From positions 74,648,001 through 74,712,000 of the forward strand of contig OX597826.1 in the NCBI GenBank assembly GCA_951406725.2: DNA of 64,000 bases. Direction: 5' to 3'. Below the pieces are notes generated by a model that did no database searches, was not told the DNA's origin, and saw only the letters and a list, made by a program, of their open reading frames with translations. Of this stretch, positions 42,890 through 56,166 are shown piece after piece; within the stretch, counting starts at the first letter, position 1; every line of letters begins with the position of its first letter. Both the position numbers and the translations under genes were made by a program. This DNA is from Octopus vulgaris. Its lineage: Eukaryota.

Positions 42890-43122
42890 AGGCGGTGAGC
42901 TGGCAGAAACGTTAGCACGCCGGGCGGAATGCTTAGCGGTATTTCGTCTGCCGCTACGTTCTGAGTTCAAATTCCGCCGAGGTCGACTTTGCCTTTCATT
43001 CTTTCAGGGTCGATTAAATAAGTACCAGTTATGCACTGGGGTCGATGTAATCGACTTAATCCGTTTCTCTGTCCTTGTTTGTCCCCTCCATGTTTAACCC
43101 CCTGTGGTCAATAAACAAATAA
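42890..43122 (+). mobile_element. SINE family B monomer
   Basis: GGCGGTGAGCTGGCAGAAACGTTAGC...CCCCTGTGGTCAATAAA. Confidence 0.85.
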
Positions 43123-43624
43123 ATACTTTTCCCCTGTAGACCCCTCTCCCTACATCATCCTCCCATCTCTCTCTTCCTCCCCTCTTTCTTTCTCTCTGCC
43201 TGCCTCCCTCTCTCTTTTCTCTCTCTTTCGAGTACGGAGGCTAAAAAGATAGATAATGATGATAGGGGTAGTAATGAGGACGACGACAGTGGTGGTGGGG
43301 GTGATAGTGATGGTGGTTGTATTGGTGGGCGGGGGGGCTGGCGATGGTGATGAGGGTGGAGTGATAGTGAGAGTGTTGGTGGTGGTGGTGGTGGTAGTGA
43401 TGGTAATGAGGGTGGTGGTAGTGTTGGTGAAGAGGAGGGGTATGGTCGTGATAGTGGTGCTGCTGCTGTTGATGATGACGATGATGATGATGATACTTTA
43501 TAGTTTTGTGCTGATAAGGGGACTCTTACACAAAATTCCCTTTTTGAAAGATATGCATTTCGTTGTCTCTTGCCATATTTAAAACCATATCTAAAGAGAT
43601 TTGCTCCGCCACACTACCACCATC

Positions 43625-44021
43625 CCTCTCTCTCTCTCTCTCTCTCCCTTTCCTTCTATCTCCCCCTCTCTCCTTCTTCTCCTTCTTCTCCCTCTCCTTC
43701 TTCTCCTCCTCCTCCTCCTCCTTCTTCTCCTCCTCCTCTTCCTCCTTCTTCTTCTTCTTCTTCTTCTTCTTCTTCTTCTTCTCCTTCTTCTTCTCCTCTT
43801 CCTCCTCCTCTACCTTCTTCTTCTTCTTCTTCTTCTTCTTCTTCTTCTTCTTCTTCTTCTTCTCCTCCTCCTCCTCCTCTTCCTCCTCCTCGCCAGTGGC
43901 ACAAAGTCTTCACTGTTTTCATAATCTCATTCTGAATTGTAAGAAACCGTTATTCATCGTCCATCTTCATTCTTTTAGTCGTTACCAGATTATTCAGTTA
44001 AGACTTACCACCACAATCACC

Positions 44022-44052
<31 letters not shown>

Positions 44053-44123
44053 CTACCACCACCACCAACAACAACACTACCACCACCACCGCTATTTCCA
44101 ATAATAATAATAATAATAATAAT

Positions 44124-44161
<38 letters not shown>
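43625..44161. repeat. Compound (CT)n, (CTT/CCT)n, (CAC/CAA)n and (AAT)n tracts
   Basis: Seen directly. Confidence 0.9.
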
Positions 44162-44163
<2 letters not shown>

Positions 44164-44392
44164 GCCCTGATGCAGTACCAGACAGTGGTTATCATGGCTT
44201 CTTATCTTAACTGATTGGAGGTGTTATCATGTATATTGTTTTGTCTTGGTATAAAAGATGGGCTACAGCAAATATTCTGCTCAATACCACAGATTTTCTT
44301 GTCAGTTGTTTGACCGTAACAAGTTGAGCATGTCCCTTAGTGGCTGACGATATGTGCATCTCTGATTACGAGCAGAAGTAGTAGAGGAAGAT
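44161..44392 (-). mobile_element. Probable retroposon 3' end abutting (AAT)n
   Basis: Complex sequence ending GGGCAT-(TAT)n on the minus strand. Single copy here, so family assignment rests on tail architecture and recognition only. Confidence 0.35.
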
Positions 44393-44499
44393 GGCTTCCT
44401 TCTCGCACGTTTTATTTGATTTTCGTTTCGGTTCCCTTCTTTCTGTGTGTGTGTGTTGAGGAGGGGGATAGTGGTATTTTTTCTTCCTCTGACCTAAAC

Positions 44500-44917
44500 A
44501 CATCTGTCCATCCTCTGAGGTATATACAAGGCATTGAAAGCTACACCAATGCCAGAACGAGACGACACTGCATAGTGTCAAATATATATGTAATGCCATC
44601 ACGCTTCAGGACCAGTTACTGCAACAGCCTGGGTCTCAAGGGCCCACAGCTTTTTAACATTCTCCCAAATATTCTCTGAGGAACTTGCACAAAGTAGAGG
44701 TAGGGGTTTTTAAATCAAAGCTGGGCCTCTTCCTGTCGAGAACCCCAGATGAACCTACCTCACGGCAAGTGGTGCAAAGGAGGGTAGCTATATCAAACTC
44801 CATGCTTCACCAAGTGCCACGTATTAGACGAGGTTCGTCGTAATAACAACAGTGTAGCACAAAACGGCGGTGCATCGGCCTGGCCACAGCTCTGGGCTGA
44901 AACTAAAGAAAAAAAAG
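44500..44917 (+). mobile_element. Second, frameshifted 3' fragment of the CR1/L2-group LINE
   Basis: SYCNSLGLKGPQLFNILP...FKSKLGLFLSRTPDEP; ends GGCGGTG...GGCCACAGCTCTGGGCTGAAAC plus an A tail. Confidence 0.75.
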
Positions 44918-45037
44918 GGATCTCTTTTTTTTTTCTTTTTAGTTCCACCATAACATGCTTAAGAGGGACTACGCTTTCTTAAGACGCAGATCTCAATCAC
45001 ATTCACCTCTTCTCTGATACTTTACACTTATTCAACA

Positions 45038-45377
45038 CTAGCAGTATCGCCCGGCGTTGCTCAGGTTTGTAAGGGAAATAACTATAAAGCATTTTTAGAG
45101 AGTTATAGCCAAAAAATAGCAAAAAAATGGAAAAAAATAATGGTAAATTTGCGGTTTGTGTTTCTGATTCTCGACTCCATGTCGAATTTATCGATTTTTT
45201 TTCAGAACTGGGGGAACTTTTCAAAATTTTCGCTGCGTTAGTTTTGAATTATGACATTGGGCTATATGTGTGTCAAGTTTCATCAGAATCGGTTGAAAGC
45301 CGTGGTCAGGGTGAGGGTACAACCTGATAGACACACAGAAACACACACAGACAAACTGCCGTTTATATAGAGAGAGA
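45038..45377 (-). mobile_element. Non-autonomous Helitron
   Basis: Minus strand A|TCTCTCTCTATATAAACGGCAG ... CCTGAGCAACGCCGGG CGATACTGCTAG|T: TC start, subterminal hairpin, CTAG end, AT target. Confidence 0.8.
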
Positions 45378-45508
45378 TTTCTGTGTTAGTAGTAATACTA
45401 GAGAACAAAGAAATGCAAAAACAAACCGCAATAACAACGTCTTTACTCGTCAAAGTGTATATGTATGTGTGCGTTTAAGTGTTTTGCGTGTTTTGTAGTA
45501 ACAATAAG

Positions 45509-45548
<40 letters not shown>

Positions 45549-45904
45549 GCACACACACATATATATATATTGTTACACTATTCGTTTGTTGTTTGTTTTA
45601 TTTTCCTCTTTGTGTATTATGTGCGGGTGGGTGTTTCCTTTTGTTGGGGTATTAAGACATGACATGTTTGCAGAATGATTAGACGAGACAAAATAAGAAA
45701 AAAAAAATATCTAAAGGAACCTTACATTTTCCCTGACTATATGGGTGAATCTTACAAAATGTTCGGAGCTGTTTGCGAACGAATTAAGTTTGAAAACCAA
45801 ACAAACAATAAAATACTATTCAATGCATTTATACGAGTCAAAATCCCGTGCTTCGAGGATTAACTTAAAAACGAGTCTGAGCCAGCAGTGAATAATAAGC
45901 ATTT

Positions 45905-46320
45905 CTAAAATTGACATCGAAAGCATAAAAAGCAAAGTTGACCTCAGCTGGATTAGAACTCGGTACATAAAGAGAATACTTATTTCTTTACTACCCACAG
46001 GGGGCTACACACAGAGGAGACAAACAAGGACAGACAGACGGATTAAGTCGATTATATCGACCCCAAGGCGTAACTGGTACTTACTTTATCGACCCCGAAA
46101 GGATGAAAGGCAAAGTCGACCTCGGCGGAATTTGAACTCAGAACGTAACGGCAGACGAAATACCGGTAAGCATTTCGCCCGGCTTGCTAACGTTTCTGCC
46201 AGCTCGCCGCCTTTAAGGAGCTACGAGGACATCCCTTCCAGACGGTCACCTATGCCGATCAACCACAACCCTACATAAAGAGAATACTGCAGAATTTTTC
46301 ATCTGATGCTGTAAGAATTA
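45905..46320 (-). mobile_element. Young SINE B (45981-46211) nested in a very old SINE B, 17-bp TSD
   Basis: TACATAAAGAGAATACT at 45964-45980 and 46272-46288; the old body lies to the left and an old head remnant to the right. Confidence 0.8.
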
Positions 46321-46337
46321 AATGAAGCCGTCGTCAA

Positions 46338-46950
46338 AGCGGCGAGCTGGCGAAATCGTTAGCGCGTTGGACAAAATACTCAGCCGCATTCGTTCTTGCC
46401 CTTACGTTCTGTGTTCAAATGCCGCTGAAGTTGACTTTGCTTTTCATCCTTTCAGGGTCGATGAAATAAGTACCAGTCGATCACTGGGTCAGTGTAACCA
46501 ACTAACTTTGTGCCTATAGCAAAAAAAAAAAATAGGATTTAATAATAATTCTAAAGCGGCGAGCTGGCAGAAACGTTAGCGCGCCGGGCGAAATGCTTAG
46601 CGGTATTTCGTCTGCCATTACGTTCTGAGTTCAAATTCAGCCGAGGTCGACTTTGCCTTTCATCCTTTCGAGGCCGATTAAATGAGTACCAGTTACACAC
46701 TGAGGTCGATATAATCGACTTAATCCATTTGTCTGTCCTTGTTTGTTCTCTCTGTGTTTATCCCCTTGTGGGTAGTAAAGAAATAGGTATTTCTTCCGAC
46801 TCTGTAGTTTAGAGTTCAAATTCTGGTGACGTCGACATGGCTTTTATCTTTTAGAGATCGATAAAACATATACCAGTCGTGTAGTGGGGTTGATGTAAAT
46901 GACTTGCCTCCTCCCCTAAAAATTTCTAGCATTGTCCCCAAATTAGAAAG
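46338..46950 (+). mobile_element. Old SINE B followed by a SINE B dimer
   Basis: Copies at 46338-46520 and 46556-46950; dimer junction GGTATTTC at 46786. Confidence 0.85.
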
Positions 46951-47649
46951 AAATTAAAACTAATGTTGAGGGCTCGAACAGTACAACAAAACACACAGTG
47001 AAACGTTTAACAGGGATCTTACAAACCCGTGTGGGATGAGACAAAATTATATAATTGCGATACACAGATATTGTTTTGTGCCGAGTAGGGGGTTGCTAAA
47101 CTCCCTTATTACAAAAGTATTACCAAAACGATATACAATAATTAAAACAAGACATGTACGAATTGATTAATAGACTACTTACGTTTGTTACAAGACCCGA
47201 CGGTCCCGATGATGCTACCTTCCCCGCTCAACTTCAATATTTCCGTGTGTTGTTTAAGATTAGTGAACCCAGAATCCATTTGTGAGTTCTTCAGTCACAG
47301 TGGGTAAGTAAAGGCCCCTGTCCTGTGAATAGATACCACACAAAATGGAGTAAACATACTGGGAACTTTTTACCAATATTTTATCATTTTTGATGTTGTT
47401 TGTGGTTTGGTCTCATCTCATTCCCAGATCAGCATTTGAGGTGGGGAGTCCTCGCACATTTCATACAAATCTTCTATTCTTTATTGACCCTGAAAAGAGT
47501 TGTAACAGAAAGAAAGAATTATTTCATTCTGGTCGAAGACAGATTAATGACGAGAGATGGCCTTCCCTTCACAAGGAGTGAATTTCTCCTGACCTCAGAG
47601 CGTTTCCTCTTTACAGGAGATTCACCTTTACTCCCACTTTTTGATTGCC

Positions 47650-47680
<31 letters not shown>

Positions 47681-47760
47681 TTTGTTTTTTTTATTTATTT
47701 TTCATTTACTTATTGTAAAGGCAGCTTTTTCAGATTTTCTCGTGAAAGTCGCCGATCCCG

Positions 47761-47794
<34 letters not shown>

Positions 47795-47838
47795 TGTATG
47801 TATGTATGTATGTATGTATGTATGTATGTATGTATGTG

Positions 47839-47898
<60 letters not shown>

Positions 47899-49195
47899 CA
47901 TACATATACACACACATAATATGATCCTTAAATATAGAAGAAGTGTTATATGGAACTACGGTAAAAAGTTTGTCTGTATAAGCGAAGGAGTTTCTGTTAT
48001 TATTCGAATTACTCTTTAAGGATGATAACTTCATAGAACTTGTTATCTTCAGTTCAGTTTTCGTACACATCCTCGTCTATGGTCTTGAATGTTGGGTAAT
48101 AAACGAAAGATTACCCCCGCGAATACAAGCGGAAAGGGTACAGTCATGAATCGAGTCCGTCCGAAGGATCTCTGGAGTAACGGTACTCGACAGAGATTCG
48201 TAACGGTACTCGCTCGGAGATCAGGGAGTCTTTCTAGGTTGAGCCGCTACCACTCAGCACTGAGTGTTCACAGCTTCAGTTTAACAGACATGCTGCGTTG
48301 GTTTAGATCCAGGTCAGCTCTGAAATAAGAAGATCCATGATCAAAGGCATTCCTCCTAGGACCATCCTACCTCAGTAGATGTATTTGGGACTACATTATC
48401 CTTTGTGTTCTCTTTTACAAGAGAGAAGCGTGTAAGTTGAGTGAGCCTGGTTGTTTTTTTCTAGCAAGTCGAGTAACCACCAAGAAGCTAAGCTTCGTTC
48501 TTAATTGGATCGCCCTCGTCTTCGAAGGGTCACTCTAAATGGTAACTTTAAAGACAGGAATCTAAACGACATTATTGGTAGAATAATATTTATACGTGAC
48601 AAATAGTACATTCATTGCTGTAGGCGGGGGGAGCAGTGCATAAGCGCCAGGTGTTTCGTTAGATTGCACTTATTGGAATAAATTCATTACAAATGGAGTT
48701 TGATGTGCTTAGAAAACAGTTAATTTAATCAAATAACTTGAAAGTTTATTTTGTGGTGTAAAACAAAATATGTTGGCAGTTTAACAAACGTAATTGTAAT
48801 TAGCTGTCTTAGTAAAGTTTATTTTAATTTCATCTTTTAAGTGGAAATTTCTCTTAATTCATTCAACTCATTACTTCATTAGTGCTGCCTTGTGAGTGAG
48901 TTCCAGACACTCTGTACCCCCTCACAGTAATTCTACACCATTGACAACATTAATTATACAATAATTAAACAGTCTTTAGAAGAAAAAAGTTAATAATTAT
49001 CTCAGTGAATGGAAACATGGAAACTTGCTCGTGTCAAATAATTACTTCACTAATTATTAATTAACTCTGTTCCTCACAGTTTTGTTAATACAAACACAGC
49101 TATGATTTTAGTTTACTTTGAACAATCACAGACCCCTTAGAGTAGAAGGGAAATAGGACATAGGGTTTTCAGGCTTTTCCTAAAGATCCTTATAA

Positions 49196-49395
49196 CCCTT
49201 TTGATACGAACCCGCTTGAGACTGCCGCTAGTTCTGTGACACAAACTTCTTGTTTTAAAATGATCTCCTATCAAATATTCAGATTTATTTGTGCCTCAAA
49301 CACCAGCTCAATAATGTCAAAGTTATTCTTCGTCATTTTGAAATTTTATGGCAACAAAGACTGGGTATTCCAGTAAAAATATAATAACAAAAGGG
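49196..49395. mobile_element. piggyBac-like MITE remnant
   Basis: Ends TAA-CCCTTTTG.TA ... TAACAAAAGGG-TT resemble TTAA-CCC...GGG-TTAA. Confidence 0.45.
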
Positions 49396-50140
49396 TTTCA
49401 ACTCGTACAACCGGAAATCGTCACGGAAACGTTTTATCGAGAACCACGTGACTTGATATAAATGTAGTAAAGACTATCTAACTCTGTAAAGAAGAGTTTA
49501 GTCGCTTGGATAAACTCCAATAGTTAACTGATAGTTTGATGATAAGCAATGTCGGTTACCAATCGTATTTGAAACTAAACGATTATAGTAAATAGCGGAT
49601 TAATTTTCGGTATAAAAACCGACATAGTATTATATAACGTAAACATGAAAACATTCGAACATGGTGAATAACTTTCCAAATCCTGTTGCATTTTACATGG
49701 AATTTTTGGTCGCTACAAAGTCGTCTTAGTGTATAAGTCGACCTGTCTACTTTGGCTGTAATTTTCAGTCTGAAAAGTTCGACTTGTATGCCAGAAAATA
49801 CAGTAAAGAAATGCTGCATAGTACTGCACCGTTATTCGCCACAATTATTTCTCTACATAAATGTAGATATGTATGCGATATGTGTATGTGTATCGATCCG
49901 TGAGTGCGCGTACGTGTATGCGTGTCTATGATGTATACGTTGTAATCTACATGTATTGTGTGCTCGTGTGTAAATTCAAAGGGTAAACATTTTCGGGTTT
50001 TGAAAATCTCGATAAACAATAATTTCGTTGTATCTTTATATGAAAATAGTTATTTTCTATACATTATATATATATATATTATCAAAAAGTCTTCAAGAAT
50101 ATACATACAGAAAAAAAATACATTCAGACACATACACACA

Positions 50141-50204
<64 letters not shown>

Positions 50205-50256
50205 AATGTATGTATGTATATATACACAGTAACTGAAATAAAAAAAAATATATATG

Positions 50257-50295
<39 letters not shown>

Positions 50296-50341
50296 ATGCG
50301 TGTATATATATATATATACGTGTGTGTATATATATATATAC

Positions 50342-50422
<81 letters not shown>

Positions 50423-50571
50423 TATGCATGTGTGTATAAATATATTTGTATATGTATATTCTTCTATCTACATATATACATACACACATACATACATATG
50501 TATACATACACACACACACACACACATACACACACAAACACACACACACATATATATATATACATATACAT

Positions 50572-50606
<35 letters not shown>

Positions 50607-50826
50607 CACGCACACATACACATACATATATACGCACGCATGAACAGACACTCATACGCACGTTTCTCAGTGGCTCTGCATTTATACCCGGGACGCGCAG
50701 TTATCTCCCAAGTATTTGCCTATTCTAGTGTTTCTCAGAGTCCACTGCGTGTGTATGTGATGTGTATGTGCGTATATACACATACATATATAGATAGATG
50801 TATATGTGTGTGTGTGTGTATGTATG

Positions 50827-50857
<31 letters not shown>

Positions 50858-51223
50858 TCGTGTGTCGACGGACGTGATTGTTATTCAGTGTTGTCTGCGT
50901 AGAATAGAAATGAAAAAAGAAAAAACAAGAGAATTGAGTGTGTATTATTTCAAGGGAGCCATTTAAACAGATATTTGAATCGGAGGAAAAGAAGTCTCCA
51001 TTTCAAAGAGTGAATGAAACAGCCTGCAAAAGTCGGTGTACATGTAATTTGTAAGGTTTGTTATTCCACAGATGTTACTGGAGATGTTGGTCTTTTTCTT
51101 CAAGTTGTCTTCTTTTACTAAGAAACAACACCGTATGATAACAGATGTCGTAGCATTTGGAATACACGGCGCGCAGATATTTTATGTGAAAGAGAAACAA
51201 CAGATTAAGCTTTGAGATTTTAT

Positions 51224-51261
<38 letters not shown>

Positions 51262-51479
51262 CCTTTCTCTGTTATTGTTAATGTCATTGTCGCGTCTTAC
51301 CGTTTTCAGGTCAACAATGGAACGATTTTATTATTCATTTTGTTGTTTTATTTCCTAACATGAGAATCTGGGAGAACTAATGGGTTAAGTGCACTAAAGC
51401 ACTTCGTTATCGAGAAATAGTTCTCTTGCATTTGTTGCTAGATCGTATTAATGCGCAGCTAGTTTGACTCCGCTATATA

Positions 51480-51702
51480 CTCTTTTACTCTTTTACTTGT
51501 TTCAGTCATTTGACTGCGGCCATTCTGGAGCACCGCCTTTAATCGAGCAACTCGACCCCGGGACTTATTCTTTTTTGTAAGCCCAGTACTTATTCTATCG
51601 GTCTCTTTTGCCGAACCGCTAGGTGACGGGAACATAAACACACCAGCATTGGTTGTCAACCAATGCTAGAGGGACAAACACAGACACACAAACACACACG
51701 CG

Positions 51703-51758
<56 letters not shown>

Positions 51759-51923
51759 TACGACGGGCTTCTTTCAGTTTCCGTCTACCAAATCCACTCA
51801 CAAGGCTTTGGTCGGCCGAGGCTATAGTAGAAGACACTTGCCCAAGGTGCCACGCAGTGGGACTGAACCCGGAACCATGTGGTTGGTAGACAGGCTACTT
51901 ACCACAGAGCCACTCCTGCGCCT
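51480..51923 (-). mobile_element. SINE family A, full length, young
   Basis: Complete head, internal (TA)n and (AGTAAAAG)n tail. Confidence 0.9.
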
Positions 51924-52836
51924 GTATAGGAAAAAAGTACAAATATAATTTCACCTGATGCGTTTGTCGCAAACAGTGAGTTAAATTTACAAGTCTGGTT
52001 ACACATATGTGTTTGTAGCAAACAGTTAAATTCTTAAACGTACAAGTTTAATTACAGCAAGCAGCTGGCGATTAAACTCAAGTGTTCTAAGTATAATTCA
52101 ACACTTACTGTTAAAGCTCTTATATCATACATTCCATTAGGAGATTAGCGTTTGTTTAAATCTGGTATTAACTACAGACGCTCTGCTCCCTCTAACACAT
52201 CCAAAGTACAACAAAGAAAAGAAAATAATAAATCAGACTTTGGGAAAGAAGACGAACATTGCCTTTTCTTTTTCTTTTCTTATTTTTTTTTCTGTCTTGT
52301 TATAACATCTGCAAAGTTAACAGAGAATGGAGAAAAATAATTGCTACTATCATATGATCTGGTCACGTGTTAAGAGAGATCTAAGCTACCATGACTGCGA
52401 GGTCAATAAGAAATGAATTGCTAATTAAGAGGCTTCGCTAACTAATCACATGTCTGTCTTTTCGTCTTCCAATGCCCTTAATACGGTTTCTGCTTGATCT
52501 CTCAAGTCTTTTGACCACGATGCAATTAAACAGTCATACGTCATGTTAAAGAAAATTAGCAATTGACCGATGAAGATCTTAGTTGAACTGGGCGTAAATT
52601 AGACGATTCCAAGTTTAGAAAACAATCAATAATTGCTGCTTGATGGGGGGAAAGCTAATTATTCAACTTCAATAGGATACAAATTCGACAAGGAATTAAC
52701 CAAATTTGCATCAGGGATTTGCTTTTAATTAGATTTCAACTAACAGTAAAAATTCGTCCTCCGTTTCGTACTTTCTATCAGGAATGTGTGATCAAGTGAC
52801 GGGATACACGTAGCATCCCTCTCCATCTTCCCCCCC

Positions 52837-52886
<50 letters not shown>

Positions 52887-53689
52887 CCTCTATCTCTTTC
52901 ACATTTTTGTTTCTTCTTTCACCGGTCTTTTTCTCTTTTATTCCATTTCTTCCTTCGGTCTCAATCGCATTCTCACATTTAGTTTTTGTTTATTTAAATA
53001 AATGGAAAAGAAGACAGAAGCTGAAAGGTAGGGAAGGATTGTTGATGTTTTCAAGGGAGAAAAATCTGCCAGCTGAATTGAGCGCGACCAGAGTAAGTGC
53101 CTTCTTCCCTTTTGAAATGGGTGGCGCCCATCGTTGTGAAACAACTGGGAGACAGAGCTTCAATGTAAACTACTTATAACAACATTTCTTCTCCTCATAT
53201 TTTCACACACTTCAGATTATTTCTAGCCCTGGGGAACTATTCAACTGAAGAACAGGGGACTAAATTTTAAGATAACCCCTTACCCGCTTTAGTTTATATA
53301 TATATATTTCTGATTCACTCATTTGAAGCTCCATATTTTTAGATAACGTTATTCTGGCATTCTTCAAGTTACGGAAGATTTACATTCATGAAACCTTTGC
53401 CGTAACATAGAGTTCCGTAACGCTAATCATGTCATGGAAATCAACGGGGAAAATGGGTTTAGTATTACTTCCATTAGGGTAAGATTTTCAGGAGAGCAAC
53501 GCCTTTCATAATACGAGTCAGGCCTGGCCAATGAATATTATTGTATTTTAAATGGTTTAAGTTTATGCAAGGAATCTGAATCATTAAATTGCTGGTTATT
53601 TTGTTAATAATTGCAAAACCCTTGGATAAGTTGGTACCTTCAGAAAATGTAAACTGTTCGAACAGTTTGTCTCCGTATTAAGCGGCTTC

Positions 53690-53731
<42 letters not shown>

Positions 53732-54112
53732 TAAGCTGAATGACAATCCTTCAACGTCTCGCCATCATATTTCCTGTACGAAATGACCTCCAACTCGCTG
53801 TAACTTCTGGCTATATATACTAAGTGTATTAAAAACCAACATTACGTGATTTATGTTTATCGTACCCGGAAAAAACTACCGGGAAAAGTCTTTTTCTAAT
53901 AAGTTTCCGTTTTATTTTTACTTTACTTTGTTTTTCTTACAATTTTTATAAGTGTCAAACGATCTCGAGGTTTTTACAGTATAGAAAATATTATCCTCTC
54001 TACGTTTCCCACGAGGAAATATTCAACCACAGTTCATAAAAATTATTTCTTCGAGAATCATTCTGGCTATAAAAGACACAATTTCCAACAGCTACGCCTC
54101 TACAGAAAATAT

Positions 54113-54483
54113 ATACTTCTGCCTTAACGAAGGCGGCGGTATTGTTTTACAGCTGTGCTTGTTTGTTTGTCCGTGGACAAGATAGATATCTCAAGAATCG
54201 CTGGATGGATTCGGATGAAACTTTCAAGGATGTTTGGTCTCGTGACTAGCACGAACTGATTAGATTTTGGGATCGATCCGGTGTCGGACAAGGATTCTGG
54301 ATCATTTATCTACTTAATTTCTGAGAGCGGTCGGGTTCAATTTTTTTTATTCTCGTTTGTGAGAGCAGTTGATTTTATTTAAGATATTCTCATTTAAAAA
54401 TTTTTTTAAATCATCTCAGGCTAATCATTGAGAGGACGTTGGTGTTACCCTGGTGGAGGTTTGCACTCTCTGAGTGCTATGTT
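54113..54483 (+). mobile_element. Helentron-associated non-autonomous element (HINE/DINE-1-like)
   Basis: 5' palindrome ACTTCTGCCTT..AAGGCGGCGGT, (TTTG)n, 3' subterminal repeat GGTGGAGGT and terminal hairpin GCACTC-TCT-GAGTGC before a T run. Confidence 0.65.
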
Positions 54484-55478
54484 TTTTTTAATATTTTTAA
54501 ATCGTCGTATCTGGTGGAGCCATCATTTACGGAGCTTCAATGTTACTCTTATAAAATGAAATGCGAAGCTTACCCTTTACCAGTTATAATGATTATATGC
54601 TGGGGAACTCGGAACTCATAACCACTGCCACATCGCAAAACAGAGTTTTAGTTTTGAAATCTCCATATTTGTTTTCTAATGTCTGAAATTTTTCTTCTTA
54701 CAAACATAGTAAAATGTCTGAAATGAGCGGATAACATCGAAGGCAATTATTTGTATTTAAATATTTTTCAAAAAATTTGATTTGTAAAATTTCAGTTCAT
54801 TAAGGTGTACTTATTCAAAATAAATGAAAATATGATCGGTTTTGAGTTTCTTTTAAAAGTTTGATTTAAAAGATATAGTACTTCAAGATATAGTGATGGC
54901 GTTGGTGTATCTAAGCAGGTGTGTGTGTGTGTGTGTGCGTACCGACTTCGATTTTGTCTTTCATCTTTTGTGGTCGATATAATAAGTACAGGTTGAACAC
55001 TGGGAGCGATGTAATCGGCTAGGCTCATCCCACTCGCCCGAAATTGCAGGCATTGTACCAAAATTTGAAATCAATATTGAAAATAAACTTGAGCTGGCGG
55101 AATTGTTAAAATATATACCAGTTTAACACTGGGGTCTATTTAATAGACGTAGCACTTACCTCAAACCAGCTGGTTGGTGTCGAAATTTGAAACGAATATT
55201 TAAAATAAACCACAACGAACTAAGAAAGAACAACTTCCTGGTAGGTCAATGGCATGAAATTTGATAAATAAATTAAGAGGTGACGTACTGACTGGCATAC
55301 GAAAAATATAATTATTGTTTTATTGAAGTGTTTTCTTACAGAAAGGAAAGAAAAATCTAACAAAAATTGTTAACCTCTGTCGACGTAAAGAAGTAATTTA
55401 AAGAAATTAGGAATTAATTACTCTAAAATAATTTACATATCACGGAAATGTTGTTGCATAGCAAGTGACCTGATCTGA

Positions 55479-55820
55479 AGGCAGCGAGCCGGCAGAATCG
55501 TTAGCACGCCGGGCGAAATGCTTAGCGGTATTTCGTCTGTCTCTACGTTCTGGGTTCAAATTCCGCCGAGGTCGACTTTGCCTTTCATCCTTTCGGGGTC
55601 GATAAGTTAAGTACCAGTTACGCATTGGGGTCGATGTAATCGACTTAATCCGTTTGTCTGTCCTTGTTTGTCCTCTCTGTGTTTAGCCCCTTGTGGGTAG
55701 TAAAGAAATAGGTACACGTGTCTGTGGAGTGCTCAGCCACTTACACGTTAATTTCACGAGCAAGCTGTTCCGTTGATAGGATCAACTGGAATCCTGGTCG
55801 TCGTAACCGATGGAGTGCCA
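55479..55820 (+). mobile_element. SINE B fused at GGTA to SINE tail i
   Basis: AAAGAAATA-GGTA-CACGTGTCTGTGGAGTGC at ~55703-55732. Confidence 0.85.
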
Positions 55821-55834
55821 CGATATATCTATAT

Positions 55835-56087
55835 ATTTCGTTTTGGGATTTGGTTTGCAAGATTCTTGATGTGAGTTCGTGCGTTGAAGCATATTCTGTT
55901 ATGTCTGAGGAGAGTCATTCTCTTTTAATGCCTTATAATTTAACACACTCACCGGTGAAAACTATTGAAAAGCTTGCAACGAAAATTTTAGAAAAATAAA
56001 TAAGAAATAAGTGGAAATTTTACCGGTGAGTGTGTTTAATCATAAGGCACTAAAAGAGAATGACTCTCCCCAGACACAACAGAATAC

Positions 56088-56089
<2 letters not shown>
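55835..56089 (+). mobile_element. Fold-back HHR element (family H8), 69-bp inverted arms, U3-A8-type core at 55962-55991
   Basis: 55892-55960 versus 56018-56086 shows 6 mismatches; the loop begins CTA-TTGAAAA-GCTTGCAAC-GAAA-ATTT-TAG. Confidence 0.65.

Positions 56090-56160
<71 letters not shown>

Positions 56161-56166
<6 letters not shown>

Noticed and set aside
47259-47303. Small AG...GTAAGT exon candidates here and at 53056-53092
   Set aside because: Weak polypyrimidine tracts; such matches are expected by chance in 64 kb, and neither restores an open frame.
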